NCBI GenBank assembly: GCA_028867135.1
Contig: JAGWGW010000003.1
Location: 12,553-76,552 of the forward strand
Length of the DNA: 64,000 bases
Direction of reading: 5' to 3'
Origin: Candidatus Micrarchaeota archaeon
GTDB taxonomy: Archaea; Micrarchaeota; Micrarchaeia; Micrarchaeales; CABMGC01
This document shows, one piece after another, positions 45,047 through 56,000 of the stretch. Position 1 is the first letter of the stretch, and each line of letters starts with the position of its first letter. Under the pieces are notes generated by a model. The model saw only the letters and a list, made by a program, of their open reading frames with translations, had not been told where the DNA came from and made no database searches. The position numbers and the translations under genes were made by a program.

Positions 45047-45691
45047 TTATGACGCGATGTTTTCGACTTCTGCTTGTGCAGCTCTCTCAAGCTTCTTCTT
45101 TACGTGCTTCAGCGCGGAGAACGTGTCCCTGTCTATCTCCTCGAGCCTCATCCTGATGTACCTCGACTGCTTCACGAGCCCTGGAATTACCTTGTAGTCT
45201 AGGGCGTTAACCCTTCTCTTCGTCTTGTCTATCTCAAGCACGAGCCTCTTGAGGCCCTGCTCCCTCTGAGCTACGTCTATGATCGAGTCCGTCACCTTGG
45301 TGAACGTGTCATTAAGGTCGTCCACAGCAAGGCTGCTGGACAGGAAGCTGACCTGCCTTCCGTTTGCGGCTGACCTGCTGATAACAGGTATCCTGACGCC
45401 CATGATGTTCTTTATCGTTATCCTGACAGGCTCCGCCTCCTTCATGTACAAGGCCACTTCCTCCAGCTCGAAGTTGCCTACGTATGTTGATGCAGTAGTC
45501 ACCATGATGTATGCCTGCCTTACCATCTCGTTGAGCACGTTCCTGCTCTCCTTGGATTCCTTTAGGAGCTTCAGGAACTCGATCACCAGCACCTCCCTCT
45601 TCCTCTTTAGTATGTTGTAGCCTTTCCTTGCTATCCCTATCCTCTTCCTTGTGTTTATCAGGTTGATTCTCGTGGGATTCGGCATTGCCAT
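45047..45691 (-). CDS. atpD: A-type ATPase subunit D
   Basis: NPTRINLINTRKRIGIARKGYNILKRKREVL. Last gene of the atp operon. Confidence 0.9.
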   Translation of the reverse strand: MAMPNPTRINLINTRKRIGIARKGYNILKRKREVLVIEFLKLLKESKESRNVLNEMVRQAYIMVTTASTYVGNFELEEVALYMKEAEPVRITIKNIMGVRIPVISRSAANGRQVSFLSSSLAVDDLNDTFTKVTDSIIDVAQREQGLKRLVLEIDKTKRRVNALDYKVIPGLVKQSRYIRMRLEEIDRDTFSALKHVKKKLERAAQAEVENIAS

Positions 45692-47158
45692 TTACTTGCC
45701 CCTCTTCTTCGAGTGCTCCTTTGGCTGCTCTTCCTTCTTTTCCTCTTTCTTATCCTCCTTCTCCTCCTGCTTTGAACCCTCTCCCTTCTTGTAGTACTTG
45801 GCTATGTACTCCTTCTTGACCCTCGTAAGCTCTCCTTCTGGCAGTATCGATAGCAGTTCCCATCCTATTCCAAGGGTTTGCTCTATCGTCCTTCTCTCGT
45901 AGAAGTCCTGCTTCAGGAACCTGTTCTCGAACTCGTCCCCGAACTTGAGGTACAGCTTGTCGCTGTCGCTCAAGGCCTCTGCCCCCACTATTGCACTCAG
46001 GCTCTTCGCGTCCTGGGCCTTTGCATAAGCTCCATAAAGCTGGTCCGCGACCCCCCTGTGGTCCTCCCTTGTCTTTCCGCTCCCTATCCCAAGGTTCATG
46101 AGCCTTGATAGGGATCCCAGCGGCTGTATCGGCGGATAAATGGACTTGTTGACAAGGTCCCTGCTCAGGAACATCTGCCCCTCTGTTATATATCCGGTAA
46201 GGTCAGGGATCGGATGCGTCACGTCGTCGCTTGGCATAGTCACCACGTTGAGCTGCGTGATCGATCCCTTCTTGCCTTTTACTATTCCTGCCCTTTCGTA
46301 TATGCTTGCTAGGTCTGTGTACATGTATCCTGGATACCCTCTCCTTCCAGGCACTTCTTCCCTAGCGCTTGAGAGTTCCCTCAATGCTTCCGCATAGTTG
46401 GTCATATCATTTAGTATGACAAGGACGTGCATGCCCTTCTCGTATGCAAGATACTCCGCCGTGGTCAGGGCCAGCCTCGGGGTGAGTATCCTCTCGATGC
46501 TTGGGTCGTCTGCGAGGTTGAGGAACGCGACGGTCCTTTTGAGCGCTCCGGTCTTCCTGAACTCGTTTATGAAGTATGCGGAGTCGTCATATGTTATCCC
46601 TATGCCTGCAAATACCACAGCGAACCCCTCATTGGTGCTCTTGACGGCTGCCTGCCTTGTTATCTGCGCAACAAGCTGGTTGTGGGGAAGCCCTCCTCCT
46701 GAGAACAACGGCAGCTTCTGCCCTCTCACCAGCGTGTTCAGGCCATCGATCGATGAGACTCCCGTCTCGATGAAGTCGCTTGGCATCGCCCTAGCAGCAG
46801 GGTTTATCGGCTCTCCGTTGACATCTCTCCTAGCATCGTATACTATTCCTGCTCCTGAATCTCTCAGCCTTCCTTGCCCGTCGAAGACCCTTCCGAGCAT
46901 GGACTCGCTCACCCCTACCTTGAATGTCTCGCCGAAGAAGCTTACGGTAGTTCCGTCTACGTTTATGCCCTGCGTTGGCCCGAATACCTGTACCACTGCG
47001 AACTTGTCGCTGGTCTCGAGCACCTGCCCCAACCTCTCCTCTCCGCTAGGCAGCTTTATCCTTACTATCTCGTTGTACTGCGCGTTCCTTACCTTTCCTA
47101 CGACCACCAACGGCCCTGCAACGCTCTCTATTGTCTTGTACTCTATCTCGAATTTCAT
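45692..47158 (-). CDS. atpB: A-type ATPase subunit B
   Basis: [14 protein letters not shown]..., ...[14 protein letters not shown]... Has a K/E-rich C-terminal tail of about 30 aa. Confidence 0.95.
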   Translation of the reverse strand: MKFEIEYKTIESVAGPLVVVGKVRNAQYNEIVRIKLPSGEERLGQVLETSDKFAVVQVFGPTQGINVDGTTVSFFGETFKVGVSESMLGRVFDGQGRLRDSGAGIVYDARRDVNGEPINPAARAMPSDFIETGVSSIDGLNTLVRGQKLPLFSGGGLPHNQLVAQITRQAAVKSTNEGFAVVFAGIGITYDDSAYFINEFRKTGALKRTVAFLNLADDPSIERILTPRLALTTAEYLAYEKGMHVLVILNDMTNYAEALRELSSAREEVPGRRGYPGYMYTDLASIYERAGIVKGKKGSITQLNVVTMPSDDVTHPIPDLTGYITEGQMFLSRDLVNKSIYPPIQPLGSLSRLMNLGIGSGKTREDHRGVADQLYGAYAKAQDAKSLSAIVGAEALSDSDKLYLKFGDEFENRFLKQDFYERRTIEQTLGIGWELLSILPEGELTRVKKEYIAKYYKKGEGSKQEEKEDKKEEKKEEQPKEHSKKRGK

Positions 47159-47162
47159 AGCA

Positions 47163-50100
47163 TCACTCCTTCGCCCCGCTCTTCATCTCCTCCTTCTCCC
47201 CTTCCTTGTATTCCTTTGACAGGGACTCGAACTCCGAGTTCAAATGGCTCTGTATCTTCCTTATCGCCTCCTCTGCTTCTCCTTCCTTCAGCTCCTTCAT
47301 TCTCGAAATCTCGTCCCTCACCTTCATCATGGTTATCCTGCCTGCGTCGATTCCGCTCTTTGCGGAATCCTGGGCGCGCTTTGCGAAGAGCATTACGGTG
47401 CTGAGCATGAGGTTCTGCTTCTTCAGCGACGTGAAGGCGTCTGTCTCGTCGTATGCGCTCTGCCTGAGGTAGTCCTCTCTTAGCATTCTGCCTATCTCGA
47501 GCAGCGCCCTCTCCGTATCGGGCAGCGCCTCTGCGCCTACAAGCTGGACTATGTCCTTGAGCTCAGCCTCCCGCTGCAGTATCCTCATCGCCTCCTTCCT
47601 GTTGGCGACGAACTCCTCGCCCACGTTCTTCACGTACCAGTCGTTGAGGTCTCCAAGGTACAGCGAGTAGCTGTTCAGCCAGTTTATCGAGGGGAAATGC
47701 CTTGAGCTTGCAAGCGCGGCGTCGAGCGACCAGAAGGTCTTGACGACTCTAAGCGTGCCCTGCGATACGGGCTCCGACAGGTCTCCTCCTGGAGGCGATA
47801 CAGCTCCAACGATCGTCACGGAGCCTGTGCTCCCGCTGTGCGTCTCGACCTTTCCGCTCCTTTCGTAATATTCCGCGAGCCTCTTTGGAAGGTATGCCGG
47901 ATATCCCTCCTCACCGGGCATCTCCTCCAGCCTTCCTGATATCTCTCGCATCGCCTCTGCCCACCTCGATGTCGAGTCTGCCATGAGCGCGACGCTGTAT
48001 CCCATATCGCGGAAGTACTCGGCAAGCGTAACGCCCGTATAGATGCTTGCCTCCCTTGCTGCGACAGGCATGTTAGATGTGTTGGCTATGAGTATGGTCC
48101 TTTCCATGAGCGGCCTCCCCGTCTTGGGATCCTTGAGCTCGGGGAACTCTGTGAGGACCTCGGTCATCTCGTTGCCTCGCTCTCCGCATCCTACGTAGAT
48201 GACTATGTCGCTGTTCGCGAACTTCGCAAGCGACTGCTGGAACACTGTGTTATGCAGTATTATACCGCCAGCGCCTCCAACGAAGTTGCTGCCGAAGTTA
48301 GGGACTGACACATCATAGACATCGAAAGCTCCTGTTTCCTCCTCGATAGAGACAATTTCATCGCAGTAGATGGAATCCAGAGCCCTTGCCAGCACATGCG
48401 CAGCAAGCTCCTGCACCATGCCGTTCGATTCCACCTGTATGGAGCTGGCAAACTTCTTGAATGTGCCAATGCCCATTCTCTCTCCGTTGTTTGTGTAGTT
48501 GAATATTTCTATTCCTCTCTTGAGGAGTTCAGAGTATCTGCAGTGCCTTGAGTAGAGCTCCTTGATGTAGTCGCTCGACAGAGGCACTATGTCTATCGCA
48601 TTGTAGGCCGTTTTGTCAGAATTGACAAATTCCTCTATCGATCTTATTTTGCGATGCGACGACCTCAGAATGTCGAGCAAGAGAGTGGCATTTGTCTTGC
48701 CCCTGACGAAGATCCTATAGTACTTTTCTCCGTTCACGGGCTTGTCCGCCATACTATGTATTAGCCCGTATCTTGTGAGTAGGTAGGACAACTGCATCTG
48801 CAGTTTTTCGCTGGTTGTGCAGAACTCAATCCCCTTGCCATAGTAAGAGCCGTCGCCTATGAAGTATGCAGTAAGGAATGAGGATACAACATTGTTGTTC
48901 GATTCCAGTATCTGCTGGGGTACGGCCTTGGAGCGGGCATCGCGTCCTACGCCCAGTGAGAGCATGAATTTCACTAGGACAGAACTATGGATCAAGACAT
49001 TCGGGGTTTTGCCTGGCTGATATTCCTTGTAGCCCTTTATCCCGAACAGCCTCTCCCCAAGACGGATGAAGTTATCGAGCAGCGTTTCTTCGGAGTTGGT
49101 GAAAACTGTGGTGTTTTCGCCGCGTATGTAGCCCTCAGACACAAAGTAGCCGATGAATTCTGCAAGCTCCTCGTTCATCACATTCGGTATACTTATTATT
49201 TTCGCAGTGGTCTTGGCGTTTTCCCTGGCATTGAACGTTATCGGCACCTGCCTGCCTTTCACATTTGTTTTTCTTGCAGAGGCGATGAAGTGGCCAATCT
49301 TTAGGTCCTTCGCCATTGTTTCCATTATCTCGCCCTTCTCAGTTATCCTGAATAGCTTATGGATTGGGGTTACCTTGACCTTCCTGCCTGTTCTTGTCCT
49401 TATCTTTATTATAGAGGAGCTCTTGCCCCTGTAGAGTATGTCTGACTTGCTCTGCACCATCTCCTGGTTTTTCACCGAGAACAGCTGTACTGGATTCTTG
49501 GGAGTTATTATCTCTTCGACCCCATTGCTAATCCTTGGTTCACCGGCCGATGCATTTCTGTCGTATAGTTCCTTTATTGTTGTGATGCCTCCGTCGGCCA
49601 TAAGTATTGGCGTATCGCCTGTAACACACTTGCCACTCCCGAAAGGTCCTGGGATTGCCGCTGTTCCGCCTTTTGCAACAGGGAAGAATGTATCAGCGAC
49701 TCTTTGTCCTGTTATCAGGAGTTCGTCTGCCCTGAACTTCTGCTTGTACGTCCCAGGAGTCCTCACAGACCTTCTCCGGAGCATCGCGATCTCTGCGCTC
49801 TTTCCTCTTGACTCGACCTTTGCTATAGTGTCCTCTACTGTGAATGTGCCGTCCTTCAGTCCCTTTAGCGTGCCCTCTATCCCGCTCGGCACCATGACGT
49901 AGTGCTTTATCGTTTCCGTTTCCTGCACGTACCCGAGTATGTCCCCTTCCTTGACGTGGGAGCCGTTCTTGAGCCTCTTGTCAGCGTTGAACTTCCACCT
50001 CTTCTTCCTGTCTATCGCAACTGCCTCTATCCCCTTTCCTATGAAAGCGCCGCTCTTGGTCCTGAGAACCTCCAACGGCCTCTGGATCCCGTCGTATATG

Positions 50101-50339
50101 TTGCCGAGCACTCCGGGAGCCAGCTCCACCGATAATGCGGTGCCGGTCGACTTGACAGGCTCTCCTGGCTTGAGTCCCGTCGTGTCCTCGTATACCTGTA
50201 TTATCGCCCTGTCTGCCTTGAGCTGGATTATCTCCCCTATCAGGTTGTTGTCGCCTACCTTGACCACGTCGTACATCCTGCTTCCAAGCATGCTCTTCGC
50301 GACCACCAGCGGCCCTGAAACTCGTTCTATTACTCCCAT
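47163..50339 (-). CDS. atpA: A-type ATPase catalytic subunit A, interrupted by an intein (precursor 1058 aa)
   Basis: The P-loop GPFGSGK|...|T is split by the intein. Downstream [10 protein letters not shown] and [10 protein letters not shown] are intact. Confidence 0.95.
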   Translation of the reverse strand: MGVIERVSGPLVVAKSMLGSRMYDVVKVGDNNLIGEIIQLKADRAIIQVYEDTTGLKPGEPVKSTGTALSVELAPGVLGNIYDGIQRPLEVLRTKSGAFIGKGIEAVAIDRKKRWKFNADKRLKNGSHVKEGDILGYVQETETIKHYVMVPSGIEGTLKGLKDGTFTVEDTIAKVESRGKSAEIAMLRRRSVRTPGTYKQKFRADELLITGQRVADTFFPVAKGGTAAIPGPFGSGKCVTGDTPILMADGGITTIKELYDRNASAGEPRISNGVEEIITPKNPVQLFSVKNQEMVQSKSDILYRGKSSSIIKIRTRTGRKVKVTPIHKLFRITEKGEIMETMAKDLKIGHFIASARKTNVKGRQVPITFNARENAKTTAKIISIPNVMNEELAEFIGYFVSEGYIRGENTTVFTNSEETLLDNFIRLGERLFGIKGYKEYQPGKTPNVLIHSSVLVKFMLSLGVGRDARSKAVPQQILESNNNVVSSFLTAYFIGDGSYYGKGIEFCTTSEKLQMQLSYLLTRYGLIHSMADKPVNGEKYYRIFVRGKTNATLLLDILRSSHRKIRSIEEFVNSDKTAYNAIDIVPLSSDYIKELYSRHCRYSELLKRGIEIFNYTNNGERMGIGTFKKFASSIQVESNGMVQELAAHVLARALDSIYCDEIVSIEEETGAFDVYDVSVPNFGSNFVGGAGGIILHNTVFQQSLAKFANSDIVIYVGCGERGNEMTEVLTEFPELKDPKTGRPLMERTILIANTSNMPVAAREASIYTGVTLAEYFRDMGYSVALMADSTSRWAEAMREISGRLEEMPGEEGYPAYLPKRLAEYYERSGKVETHSGSTGSVTIVGAVSPPGGDLSEPVSQGTLRVVKTFWSLDAALASSRHFPSINWLNSYSLYLGDLNDWYVKNVGEEFVANRKEAMRILQREAELKDIVQLVGAEALPDTERALLEIGRMLREDYLRQSAYDETDAFTSLKKQNLMLSTVMLFAKRAQDSAKSGIDAGRITMMKVRDEISRMKELKEGEAEEAIRKIQSHLNSEFESLSKEYKEGEKEEMKSGAKE
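48249..49628 (-). mobile_element. Intein (460 aa) with LAGLIDADG endonuclease domain in the atpA P-loop
   Basis: Starts at Cys238 ([13 protein letters not shown]), ends GGIILHN697, and the +1 residue is Thr (TVFQQSLAK). Blocks [13 protein letters not shown] and [12 protein letters not shown]. Confidence 0.9.
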
Positions 50340-50343
50340 AACA

Positions 50344-50694
50344 TCATCGTATTGTTTTTGTTATATCGATTCCTATGGCCCTCAGGATCAGCTTCCTGAG
50401 CGTCTCCTCTTCTGCGTGCTCCTCCCCTGATTCGGCGATCTCGACTACAAGCGGCATTATGCTGCTCGTTATCGCATCCTGGAGTCTTCTGTCCCTTATC
50501 AGCTTCTTTGCTGCAGAACCGATAATTATGATTCCTATGTCATTCCTCTGCAGCAGCTCCTTGAACTTAGATTCCGCTCCCAGTGTGTCGCTGACGGTGA
50601 AGGCCGTGGTGATTCCAGACAGCTTGAAGCCCAGGGCTACCCTTTCGTTCCCGAGCACTGCAATCTTGTAGTTCTTTGCTAGCTTTTCCTCCAT
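50344..50694 (-). CDS. atpF: A-type ATPase subunit F
   Basis: 116 aa; [19 protein letters not shown]. Operon position between C and A. Confidence 0.85.
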   Translation of the reverse strand: MEEKLAKNYKIAVLGNERVALGFKLSGITTAFTVSDTLGAESKFKELLQRNDIGIIIIGSAAKKLIRDRRLQDAITSSIMPLVVEIAESGEEHAEEETLRKLILRAIGIDITKTIR

Positions 50695-51749
50695 GATATC
50701 AGCTTCGCAGTCTCCTCCTTGTCAAGGCCGTACAGCCTGCTGTTTATGAGTATCCTCAGCGTGTATATCTCTATCTCCTTCATGTACGCGTATGCGAGAA
50801 TGGTTCCGAACGAGAGTATGCTATGGCTCAGCAGCCTTAATGCGTCATTGAATATGGAGTTCTTCATCGCTATCTCGAATGTCAGCAGCTGCTTGTGCTT
50901 GCTGTTCTTGTATTCGTCAGAGGCTTCCTTGAGGTGCAGGCCCTTTAGCTGCGACGCGAAAGCCTCCACATCCTTGGAATTAGTGTACGCGTTCTCGAGC
51001 ATGCTCCTTGTCATAGTCCCCCTGTCTATCAGCAGGCTTGAGACCTCGCTGAACTTTGCGCCGAACCTCTTCGCCCTTATCAGGGTCAGCACGTTCTTGC
51101 TGTCTATCTCCATCTTCAGCAGAAGTGCCGCTTCGTTGCTAACGGTCCTGAGTGAGAAGATGACGCTCTGCATCTCCTTGTAGTAGCTCTTGTCTATCGT
51201 GGCTATAGCCTCTGGCGCACTCTTGGTCGATTTGTAGGCTTCCTGCGCGTCCTTGAGTATGCCGTAGTATGGCGAGTTTATCATGAGCTTGTTCAATAGC
51301 CCTTCTATGGACTCCTCGCGCATGGCCTCCTTTATGACGGATGAATTGTACTTGCCTACGTCCACTACGTACCTTGCTATGGAATCGAAGCCCTGTTTCT
51401 TGTCCTTTGCCTCCATTGCCAGCTTTATGTTGTACAGCGCCCATTTGCCCACGATCGTCCTTGTTATCTTGCGCTCTGTCGACGGCGATATCTCGATGAG
51501 CTTCGTCAGCTGCTTCGCCATGTTCTTGGATAGCGCGAAATCAATCCTCTCGTTCTTTATCTCCTGGCCCCCGAACTCCTCTATCTCGTGCTTGTAGTCG
51601 CTGTTGAAGAGTATCGATATCACCGAGCTTATGTCCTTCGCGCTGACCACGTCATCGATCGTCTTCTTGGAGAGCAGCCTTGATTTCATCACCCTTACCC
51701 TTGCGCTTGAATACCCGAAATGCCTAGCTGCTGACTCTCCAAATAGCAT
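50679..51749 (-). CDS. atpC: A-type ATPase subunit C
   Basis: 356 aa helical protein in the conserved E-C-F position. Confidence 0.8.
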   Translation of the reverse strand: MLFGESAARHFGYSSARVRVMKSRLLSKKTIDDVVSAKDISSVISILFNSDYKHEIEEFGGQEIKNERIDFALSKNMAKQLTKLIEISPSTERKITRTIVGKWALYNIKLAMEAKDKKQGFDSIARYVVDVGKYNSSVIKEAMREESIEGLLNKLMINSPYYGILKDAQEAYKSTKSAPEAIATIDKSYYKEMQSVIFSLRTVSNEAALLLKMEIDSKNVLTLIRAKRFGAKFSEVSSLLIDRGTMTRSMLENAYTNSKDVEAFASQLKGLHLKEASDEYKNSKHKQLLTFEIAMKNSIFNDALRLLSHSILSFGTILAYAYMKEIEIYTLRILINSRLYGLDKEETAKLISWRKS

Positions 51750-51753
51750 GCTT

Positions 51754-52389
51754 TTACCTCTTCCTGACCTTCCTGGGCTTCTTCGCCTTCACAGCCCTCC
51801 TCTTGACGGGCGCCCTCCCTGAAGGCGCTCTTTCCTTGAATAGCCTTGACGAGACGTTCTTTCTCAGTATGTCCATGTACTTGCCTGTTATCTCGTCAGG
51901 CACTATCCTCATGGCCATCTTGCCGTCGTTAGACACCAGCACGAAGCCGTCTATGTCGGCATACTCCCTTCTCCCTTCTATGCTCTTGAGAAGGCTTGCG
52001 TTGCCCTTCCTCGTCCTTATGGTGAAGTCCTCGTTGCCGACAGTTTCGCTGAACTCCTTGACGGCCCTTTCGAGAAGCTTGTCTATCTGGTTCCTCATCA
52101 GCTCCCTGTCGACCTGGGCCTTCAGCTCCTTGACTGCTTTTTCTATGACTGCGCCCCTTGCCTCGTTCAGCACGGTGTCTGTTTCGATCTCGAGGCCAGC
52201 CTCGCTCTCCTGCCTCAGCCTCTCGGCCTCCTTCTCAGCCTCTGCCCTTGCATTCTTCAGTATCTCGCCAGCCCTTTTCTTAGCTTCGCTGACGATCCTC
52301 CCAGCTTCCTCGGATCCTGCGCTCTCCTCATCCCTGGCCTTTGACTCAGCCTCGCTGAGGATGTCCTTCTTTATCGAATCTAGGGACAT
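51754..52389 (-). CDS. atpE: A-type ATPase subunit E
   Basis: Charged coiled-coil N-terminus (ILSEAESKARDEE...). Operon position. Basic C-terminal tail (KRRAVKAKKPRKVRKR). Confidence 0.8.
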   Translation of the reverse strand: MSLDSIKKDILSEAESKARDEESAGSEEAGRIVSEAKKRAGEILKNARAEAEKEAERLRQESEAGLEIETDTVLNEARGAVIEKAVKELKAQVDRELMRNQIDKLLERAVKEFSETVGNEDFTIRTRKGNASLLKSIEGRREYADIDGFVLVSNDGKMAMRIVPDEITGKYMDILRKNVSSRLFKERAPSGRAPVKRRAVKAKKPRKVRKR

Positions 52390-52398
52390 TGAATCTAC

Positions 52399-52638
52399 TT
52401 AGATTATTCCTGCGTTCAGCATTATCAGTATCGCTATTACGAAGCCGAAGATGAGCAGCGTCTCAGGAAGCACCATGAAGAGAAGCACTATTCCCATGCT
52501 TTCAGGCTTCTCGGCTATCAGGCCGAGTCCAGCGCTCCCTATTCCGGATTGCGCGACTCCAGTCCCTATTGCCCCTCCTGCTATTGCCGCTCCAGCTCCA
52601 ATGGCTGCAACTGCAGCAGCCAGCTCTATTGTTGCCAT
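52399..52638 (-). CDS. atpK: A-type ATPase proteolipid subunit K (c)
   Basis: Two-TM hairpin with the carboxylate in LPETL. Start taken at MATIELAAA (GGTGA lies 8 nt upstream), rather than the track start that overlaps atpI. Confidence 0.85.
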   Translation of the reverse strand: MATIELAAAVAAIGAGAAIAGGAIGTGVAQSGIGSAGLGLIAEKPESMGIVLLFMVLPETLLIFGFVIAILIMLNAGII

Positions 52639-52648
52639 ATTTTCACCA

Positions 52649-54523
52649 TTATTCCTTAGCACTTTCTTTTGTATTAACCCTTTTGTAGCTGAAAGGTTTA
52701 AATCTTATCCCGTTCCCTATGTAGAACTTCGAGAAGAACTCCACGAAGTTGAGCCTCACGCCTTGCACCAGGCCCTCGAATATGCCCAGCACCATGTTCA
52801 GGAAGTGGAGGGCTATGAAAATCGCCAGGTACACAACGAAAAGCAGTGCGCCGTTGCTCAGGCTGGGCGTGAACGCCTGGTCTATGAGCATCGCTATTAT
52901 TATGCTGCCTAGGCCGAAGCCCATGATCCTCGCATAGCTGAGCGGATGCGTTATGAGATTGAGCGTCTCTGTAGCCTCTATGCCGCTTAGCGCAGCAGTG
53001 GCTATGACGGAGACGATTGCAACAGCAGCTGTGGCCACGGTTATCGTGCTGTTGAAGACCCCGAAGAACGCGCCGCTGACAGCCACTGTTCCTGTAAGCA
53101 TCGCAAGTATCGATGTGAGCTTTGCTATCGCAAGCTTCCTGTGGTTCCTCCTCCAGTTGTTTATGAAGCCGAAGACAAGGCCTACGATGACCTGCGTTAT
53201 TCCGAAGAGTATGGTTATGGCTATTATTATTGGGGCATCCTTAAGCCAGTCGAAGAGCTTGTAGTTGAAGAAGTACTGGTTGAAAGAATAGCCGAAGTAC
53301 TGGTCCGAGAGGAAGCCGAAGAGTATTGCGAATACCGACATCATCCTCCATATCCTTGCGACGTTGTTCATCAGGCCCTCTGGATCGGTCTTCCTTATTA
53401 TCCATGAGACGAAGAAGAAGGACGCGATCCCGTAGCCGACGTCGCTTATCATCATGCCGTAGAATATCGGGAACGAGAGCAGGAGTATCCATGTCGGGTC
53501 TATCTCGTCGCTCCTCTGCGTTGAATAGAAGTTCATTATGTACTCGAACGGCTTCACGAACGCGGGCCTGTTTGTGTGCGTGGGCGCAAGCTCGTCGGAT
53601 TCCATCTCCTCGACGTACGCCCTGCCCTTCGACGCATCGGCAACGGCCTTGGTGAGCTGCTCGACCTTCCTCTTCTCTATCCAGCCCTCCATTATGAACG
53701 TCCTCTCGGTTCTCTTGAAGTTGGAGCTTACCTCTGCCCTTTCCTGCTCTATCTCGAGCATCTCCCTCAGGTTGGCCATCCTTGAATAGTGCTTGGAGCT
53801 GAGCGATCCGAGCTCCCTGCTTATCTCATCCAGCCTCTTGGCGTTGTCCGCCTTGCGCTTGCCGACGTTCTTCAGCACCCTCTCCGGCACATCGTCAAGG
53901 TACTTTGCGCCGAGGTCTATCTCCTGGAGGTCCTTGCCCCTGACTAGCTCGTCGATCTTAAGCTTCTTGTCGTACGCGATGAATACTAGGAACCTGCCCT
54001 TCTGGAGCTTCCTCTCTATCACCTCCGCGTTCTCTATCCTGCTTGCGTTCCTCTTGAACCTGTTCAGCGACTTGCCGCTTGCTTCGAAGGCCGCATAGCT
54101 AAGGAAGTCGCTCTTCAGCCTTGAGAAGTCTATCTTCATGCCTGAGAATATGCCTACCACATGCTCTGCGTATTCGAGGAATGAGTCGTCCTCGTTCAGC
54201 CTTCTCCTCTCGTCGCTGAGCGAGTATATCCTGCTTATGGCTGCAAGCCTCCTCACCTCGCTCTCTATCTGCTCGAGCTTCATGTGCCTTTCTTTCGAGA
54301 CTGCCTTTTTCGGAAGGATTTGCAGCGCGCCGTTGATCCTTATCAGCATCTCGGATATGTTGGGGGAATAAGGCAAAGGCCTGTCGTCTGCAAGCTCCAG
54401 GCTGCTCTTCCGCAGGTCTATGATGCCCATCCTGTGCAGCTGCGCAATGACGATGCTCTTCTTATCTTCAATTGCTACTATTCTTACCTTTTGCATCTGT
54501 TCTGTCCTGAACAAAAATCTCAA
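52649..54523 (-). CDS. atpI: A-type ATPase subunit I (a)
   Basis: 624 aa. Soluble N-terminal half plus a polytopic C-terminal half (...LSYARIMGFGL...). Confidence 0.9.
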   Translation of the reverse strand: MRFLFRTEQMQKVRIVAIEDKKSIVIAQLHRMGIIDLRKSSLELADDRPLPYSPNISEMLIRINGALQILPKKAVSKERHMKLEQIESEVRRLAAISRIYSLSDERRRLNEDDSFLEYAEHVVGIFSGMKIDFSRLKSDFLSYAAFEASGKSLNRFKRNASRIENAEVIERKLQKGRFLVFIAYDKKLKIDELVRGKDLQEIDLGAKYLDDVPERVLKNVGKRKADNAKRLDEISRELGSLSSKHYSRMANLREMLEIEQERAEVSSNFKRTERTFIMEGWIEKRKVEQLTKAVADASKGRAYVEEMESDELAPTHTNRPAFVKPFEYIMNFYSTQRSDEIDPTWILLLSFPIFYGMMISDVGYGIASFFFVSWIIRKTDPEGLMNNVARIWRMMSVFAILFGFLSDQYFGYSFNQYFFNYKLFDWLKDAPIIIAITILFGITQVIVGLVFGFINNWRRNHRKLAIAKLTSILAMLTGTVAVSGAFFGVFNSTITVATAAVAIVSVIATAALSGIEATETLNLITHPLSYARIMGFGLGSIIIAMLIDQAFTPSLSNGALLFVVYLAIFIALHFLNMVLGIFEGLVQGVRLNFVEFFSKFYIGNGIRFKPFSYKRVNTKESAKE

Positions 54524-54843
54524 CTCAGTATCTCCTTGACCGTCGTTCCTACAAGTGCCCTGATCGTCCCCTTCTTCACGTTCGTCCTGCCTATCTTTTT
54601 AGCATGCTCCCTTGCCTCTGCAAGTTTCTGCTCCTTCCCCTTCTTCAGCTGCTCGCTGACGGATTGGAGCATCTCTTCCCTGAGCTTCTTCGCCTCGTTC
54701 TCGGCATCCTCTATTATCTTCTTGGCCTTTGCGCTCGCGTCCTCCACCTTCGCGGTTCTTTTCCTTGACGCGTTCTCGAGCATGGACTTTGCCTTCGCCT
54801 CGGCTTCCTGCACTCCCTTTATCTTGTCCTCCTTGTCCATCAC
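54520..54843 (-). CDS. atpH: A-type ATPase subunit H
   Basis: 107-aa charged coiled coil. First gene of the operon. 4-nt overlap with atpI. Confidence 0.75.
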   Translation of the reverse strand: MMDKEDKIKGVQEAEAKAKSMLENASRKRTAKVEDASAKAKKIIEDAENEAKKLREEMLQSVSEQLKKGKEQKLAEAREHAKKIGRTNVKKGTIRALVGTTVKEILS

Positions 54844-54924
54844 TATACCTAAAATTGCAACATAGAATAGAAAACTGCCAATACCCTCTTAAATTTAAAG
54901 CTTATAAATCTTATTAAGTGCTTT

Positions 54925-55992
54925 ATGATGCTCTACTTCATATACTCGGGCATGTTCTTCGAAAAGAGCCTTTACGGCGACCTTCTCAAGCTGGGCAAGT
55001 TCAGGGTCTTGGAGCATGAGCAGAACACGATGATCATAGAGGCTGAGAAGGACTTCGTAAAGGAACTGAAGAAAAAGCCGTCGATGTTCATCCACAGCAT
55101 CTTCAGGATAGGCAATATCACAGACATAGATGAGGGAAGATACGTGGATTCGTTGCATACAGCGGTAGAATCGCTGAAGCTGAAGAAGGGCAAGAGGATA
55201 AGGATAGAGTGCTATGACGTGAACAGCAAGCGGGGATTGTCAGCAAAGCAGATAGAGATGGAGTTGAGCGCAAAGCTGAAAAAGGAAGGCTTCAGTCCGG
55301 AGCTCGTGAAGCCTGATCTGCTCCTTTATCTTGTGCTGATCAACATGAAGTGCTATTCTGGAGTTGCAGATTACAGGAAGCTGCATGTGAAGTTCCTCAA
55401 TCCGCTGAGGCACTATGGGAAAGAAGGGGGGAGATTGGTGAGCAGGTCCGAAGCAAAGCTACTCGAGGCATTTGAGGCGTTCAGAATAAAGGGCAAGGGG
55501 ATAGCTCTTGACCTCGGCGCTGCGCCTGGGGGATGGTCAGCAGTTCTTGTAAAGAAAGGATACAAGGTTGTCGCGATAGACAATGCTGACCTTGAATACG
55601 AGAAGATAGAGGAGCAGCGCATGAGCGTAAAGGTGCTGACAAACCTTAGGAAAAAGAAGACCGACATAAACGAGCAGCTCAGGAACGTCGACATAGTGCA
55701 CATAAGGGAGAATGCAAGCGCCGCATTCAGCAGGATGGAACTGAAAGGGGTCAGCCTCGTCGCAAACGACATGAACATAGAGCCGGAGCAGTCCGCGCAG
55801 CTTCTCATGAACTACATAGGATTCCTGAAAAGGGACGCAAGGCTGATAATGACGGTCAAGTGCATATCCCGCAAGGTGAGCAAGCACATCGCGAACGCCG
55901 AGAGGATTCTCGAGGACAGGTTTGAGGTGAAGGGGATAAAGGAGCTTCCGAGCAACAGGCAGGAGGTTACGCTTTTTGCAAAAAGCGCATAG
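54925..55992 (+). CDS. THUMP-like / FtsJ-like SAM-dependent RNA 2'-O-methyltransferase (RlmM-like architecture)
   Basis: GIALDLGAAPGGWSAVL (FtsJ/RrmJ SAM motif) preceded by an N-terminal domain of about 170 aa. Confidence 0.55.
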   Translation: MMLYFIYSGMFFEKSLYGDLLKLGKFRVLEHEQNTMIIEAEKDFVKELKKKPSMFIHSIFRIGNITDIDEGRYVDSLHTAVESLKLKKGKRIRIECYDVNSKRGLSAKQIEMELSAKLKKEGFSPELVKPDLLLYLVLINMKCYSGVADYRKLHVKFLNPLRHYGKEGGRLVSRSEAKLLEAFEAFRIKGKGIALDLGAAPGGWSAVLVKKGYKVVAIDNADLEYEKIEEQRMSVKVLTNLRKKKTDINEQLRNVDIVHIRENASAAFSRMELKGVSLVANDMNIEPEQSAQLLMNYIGFLKRDARLIMTVKCISRKVSKHIANAERILEDRFEVKGIKELPSNRQEVTLFAKSA

Positions 55993-56000
55993 TTACATGA

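Noticed and set aside
46398-47219. Long antisense ORFs inside atpB. Similar cases: 18711..19676 in leuS, 10806..11642 in metK, 8436..9110 in the sulfatase-like gene, 28969..29565 in secD, 51803..52402 in atpE and 59568..60299 in thiI.
   Set aside because: These are shadow frames opposite strongly supported genes. Translations are S/L/P/R-biased with no motifs.
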